A DNA stretch of 64,000 bases, taken from Camelus dromedarius (lineage: Eukaryota). The stretch's first letter is position 1. Every line of letters starts with the position of its first letter. The stretch lies in assembly GCF_036321535.1 (NCBI RefSeq), contig NC_087437.1, positions 49,664,001-49,728,000 of the forward strand. Reading direction: 5' to 3'. Shown here piece after piece: positions 61,851 through 64,000 of this stretch. Under the pieces are notes generated by a model. That model was not told where the DNA came from and ran no database searches. It worked only from the letters and a program-made list of their open reading frames with translations. The position numbers and the translations under genes are program-made.

Positions 61851-62899
61851 GAATTCATTAAAAATCTTAAATACTCTATAAATTATTATAACAAATAGTT
61901 TTAAGATGATTCTGAGGCATGGTTTAGCCTTTCCGGAGGCAATTCCAATACAGTTTGGTTCAAACCAATTCCTAAAATACCCAGGATTAATAGTAAGTAA
62001 ACAAATGGGCAAAGTGATATGAATTAAGTCACTCCCCAGCCTTGCTGGCTTAATGCTAATGTGGACAAAGCTTAAATGGCTAATTCTACCTAGAAAGGAA
62101 GGTTTGAAGAGCCATCTCCTTTCTATTCTTTTGACCCCTTTGCCGGCTAGAGTGGTTTTTTTTTTTTTTTTAGTTTGTATGGAAAATAAATACCCAGAAA
62201 AAGATTGCTAGGTATTTCTTTCCTTTGGTTTATTTTCTTCAGCCAAAGTATAAGACCTTACTTAGATGACTAGCAATTAAGGAATTTTTGTGGTTTATTT
62301 CCTGATCTAACTGCTTACTTCCGAAGAAAGCAATTCTGACAAGCTTGCGTTAACCTGGATCTTACCAAAATTGTAGAGTCAGAAACATTTTTGAAAGATT
62401 TAGGTAGAATAGTCAGGCTGGAATTTTAACAATAAAGTACATCTTAAGGTTGCTTTTCCTAGATCACACGGACTTTACCTTTTCCCCTTGGATACTTATT
62501 TTGTAGAAAATAAACCTTTTTTCCATGCATTAACTTCATATTTCAACAACACTGCAGACCTGCAGCTGAACTAGAAGATGAGTAATCAAATCAACAGTAA
62601 TTCTACTTACAGTAATATTTTGAATTAATAAAACCCTTTACTTGCAAAGAGCTCAACATTTTTTTTATCAGTTTGATCTCATTGCTCTGTAAGCATTAGC
62701 TGAATATGGGTTTAAATTTTACTTCTTTTTCGAAGCATTATTATAAGGAAGCAATGAACTTTAAAAAATCTGTTTTCTAGGAGGAGAAACTCAGAGAAAT
62801 CACATTCAGTGTTAAGATGCACAATTGCATCTTCCTGATTATAGTTAGTGCTGGGTAGTGCCGGTATCAAGTGAGGCATGACTCAGCAGTTGGAGAATG

Positions 62900-63325
62900 C
62901 CCCCAAGGATCAGATATTTTCATGTCTCTGTTTGCTGTGGGTTTGCTGGCTTCATTCTAAGAGGCTTTGCTTATTGTTAAAGGTGACTGCTGCCACCGCC
63001 TAGGGCTGTTTGCTGCCTGGCTGACCCAGCAGATGAGTGTGGCCATCTTTGCTCCGGTCTTCCCTGCAGAAGTGTTGAGGCTCATTCTGATTAGACTGGC
63101 CTAATCATGGCTTAGGGAAGCCCAGGGACCATGTCCATTGGCTAGGAGAAGGCAGGATGCTCACTGGCTTAGCTAGGCTCTCTATCTGGGATTCTGGGGC
63201 AGAATCAGCTTCACCCAGAGCACATGGTCCAAGATTGGGGTGAGGAGAAGTTCCCTTGGAGCAAAATTAGAGTGCCTACTAGGTAGAAAAAACCCAGCTG
63301 AAATACAGAAATGTCCATGAGACTG
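62900..63325 (-). mobile_element. Old MaLR LTR (MLT1K/L-like)
   Basis: 'tgctggcttcattctaagaggctt', 'ctcattctgattagactggcctaatcatg', 'ggcagaatcagcttcacccagagcacatgg'. Confidence 0.55.
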
Positions 63326-63479
63326 ATCACCAATTTGTATAGTCAGGCTTTGGGAAACACTGTTGAAAGTGGAAGAGGGGTGGGAGTGGGAGGGTGGGTG
63401 AGAGATTGGAGGTACTGAGGGTCACTGAGCAGGAATGTGACAGAGTCAAAATTGCAATTTAGGCACTTAATAATAATAA

Positions 63480-63700
63480 TGGTAATAATATCTTGCATGA
63501 CTAGTGCTTTATATTTTCCAATGTGCTTTCACTTACCTGTGCCCTTTGGATCCATCCTCTTGTGAAGTAGGAGGGGTAGGTATTATAGCTATTTTGCAGA
63601 TTAAATTGGAGTGCAGAGAAATTATTTACAGCTAATGACAGAGCTAGAATGACAATTCAAGTGACATATTTCTTTTTTCACTGTATCATCATGAATAATA
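63480..63700 (-). mobile_element. MIR-family SINE
   Basis: 'agtgctttatattttccaatgtgctttcac...tgtgaagtagg...attttgcagattaaattggagtgcagaga'. Confidence 0.65.
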
Positions 63701-63764
63701 TAAATTATTATTAGATCAACTTTATGAAAAAAGATTATTCAGTTTTTTTTGAAGGTTTTCTTAA

Positions 63765-64000
63765 TTCATTTATAAGACATTTATTGAATGCCAGCTATGT
63801 GCCAGGTATCACGTTAGGTGCTGGGGGCTCAAGGAACTTATTCAGAGGTAATAACAAACAAGCCACGATGCTGGGTCATTAGCTAAATGAAAGCACAGGT
63901 GGCACAACACAAATCTAGTCTCGAGAGAGGTGAAGGGGCTACCAGGGAAGTCTCATGGAATAGATAATGCCTCGGCTAAAACCTTAAAGACAAATAGGAG
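63765..64000 (-). mobile_element. L2 3' end
   Basis: 'ttcatttataagacatttattgaatgccagctatgtgccagg...taggtgctgggg'. Confidence 0.75.

Noticed and set aside
1..64000. CRISPR arrays, operons, or prokaryotic defence or mobile systems
   Set aside because: The sequence is mammalian. There is no repeat-spacer array, no dense ORFs and no intact transposase or RT gene.

Overview
Mammalian genomic DNA, most likely camelid (a Vic-1-type tRNA-derived SINE lies at 48793). It is not prokaryotic, and I see no CRISPR array or operon. The window reads as intronic or intergenic sequence with many old repeats (L1, L2, L3/CR1, MIR, MLT1, LTR16, MER21, MER5/63/94), a decayed 7SK fragment and several long repeat-free blocks that look enhancer-like. 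No intact, recognisable protein-coding gene is present; the ORF track is mostly noise or L1 remnants. Three things stand out. (1) An L1 insertion (30614-31821) has a 12-bp TSD, a twin-priming 5' inversion and an apparent 3' transduction, and it landed inside a 50-nt exon-like unit. (2) That unit joins in frame with three to four other + strand exon candidates (7768-7863, 14796-14910, 40249-40393, 48437-48567), suggesting a disabled spliced gene or lncRNA. (3) There is a perfect 41-bp inverted repeat (61130-61170 / 61810-61850) in otherwise old sequence. Repeat family names come from recognising consensus motifs by eye; boundaries are approximate unless stated.
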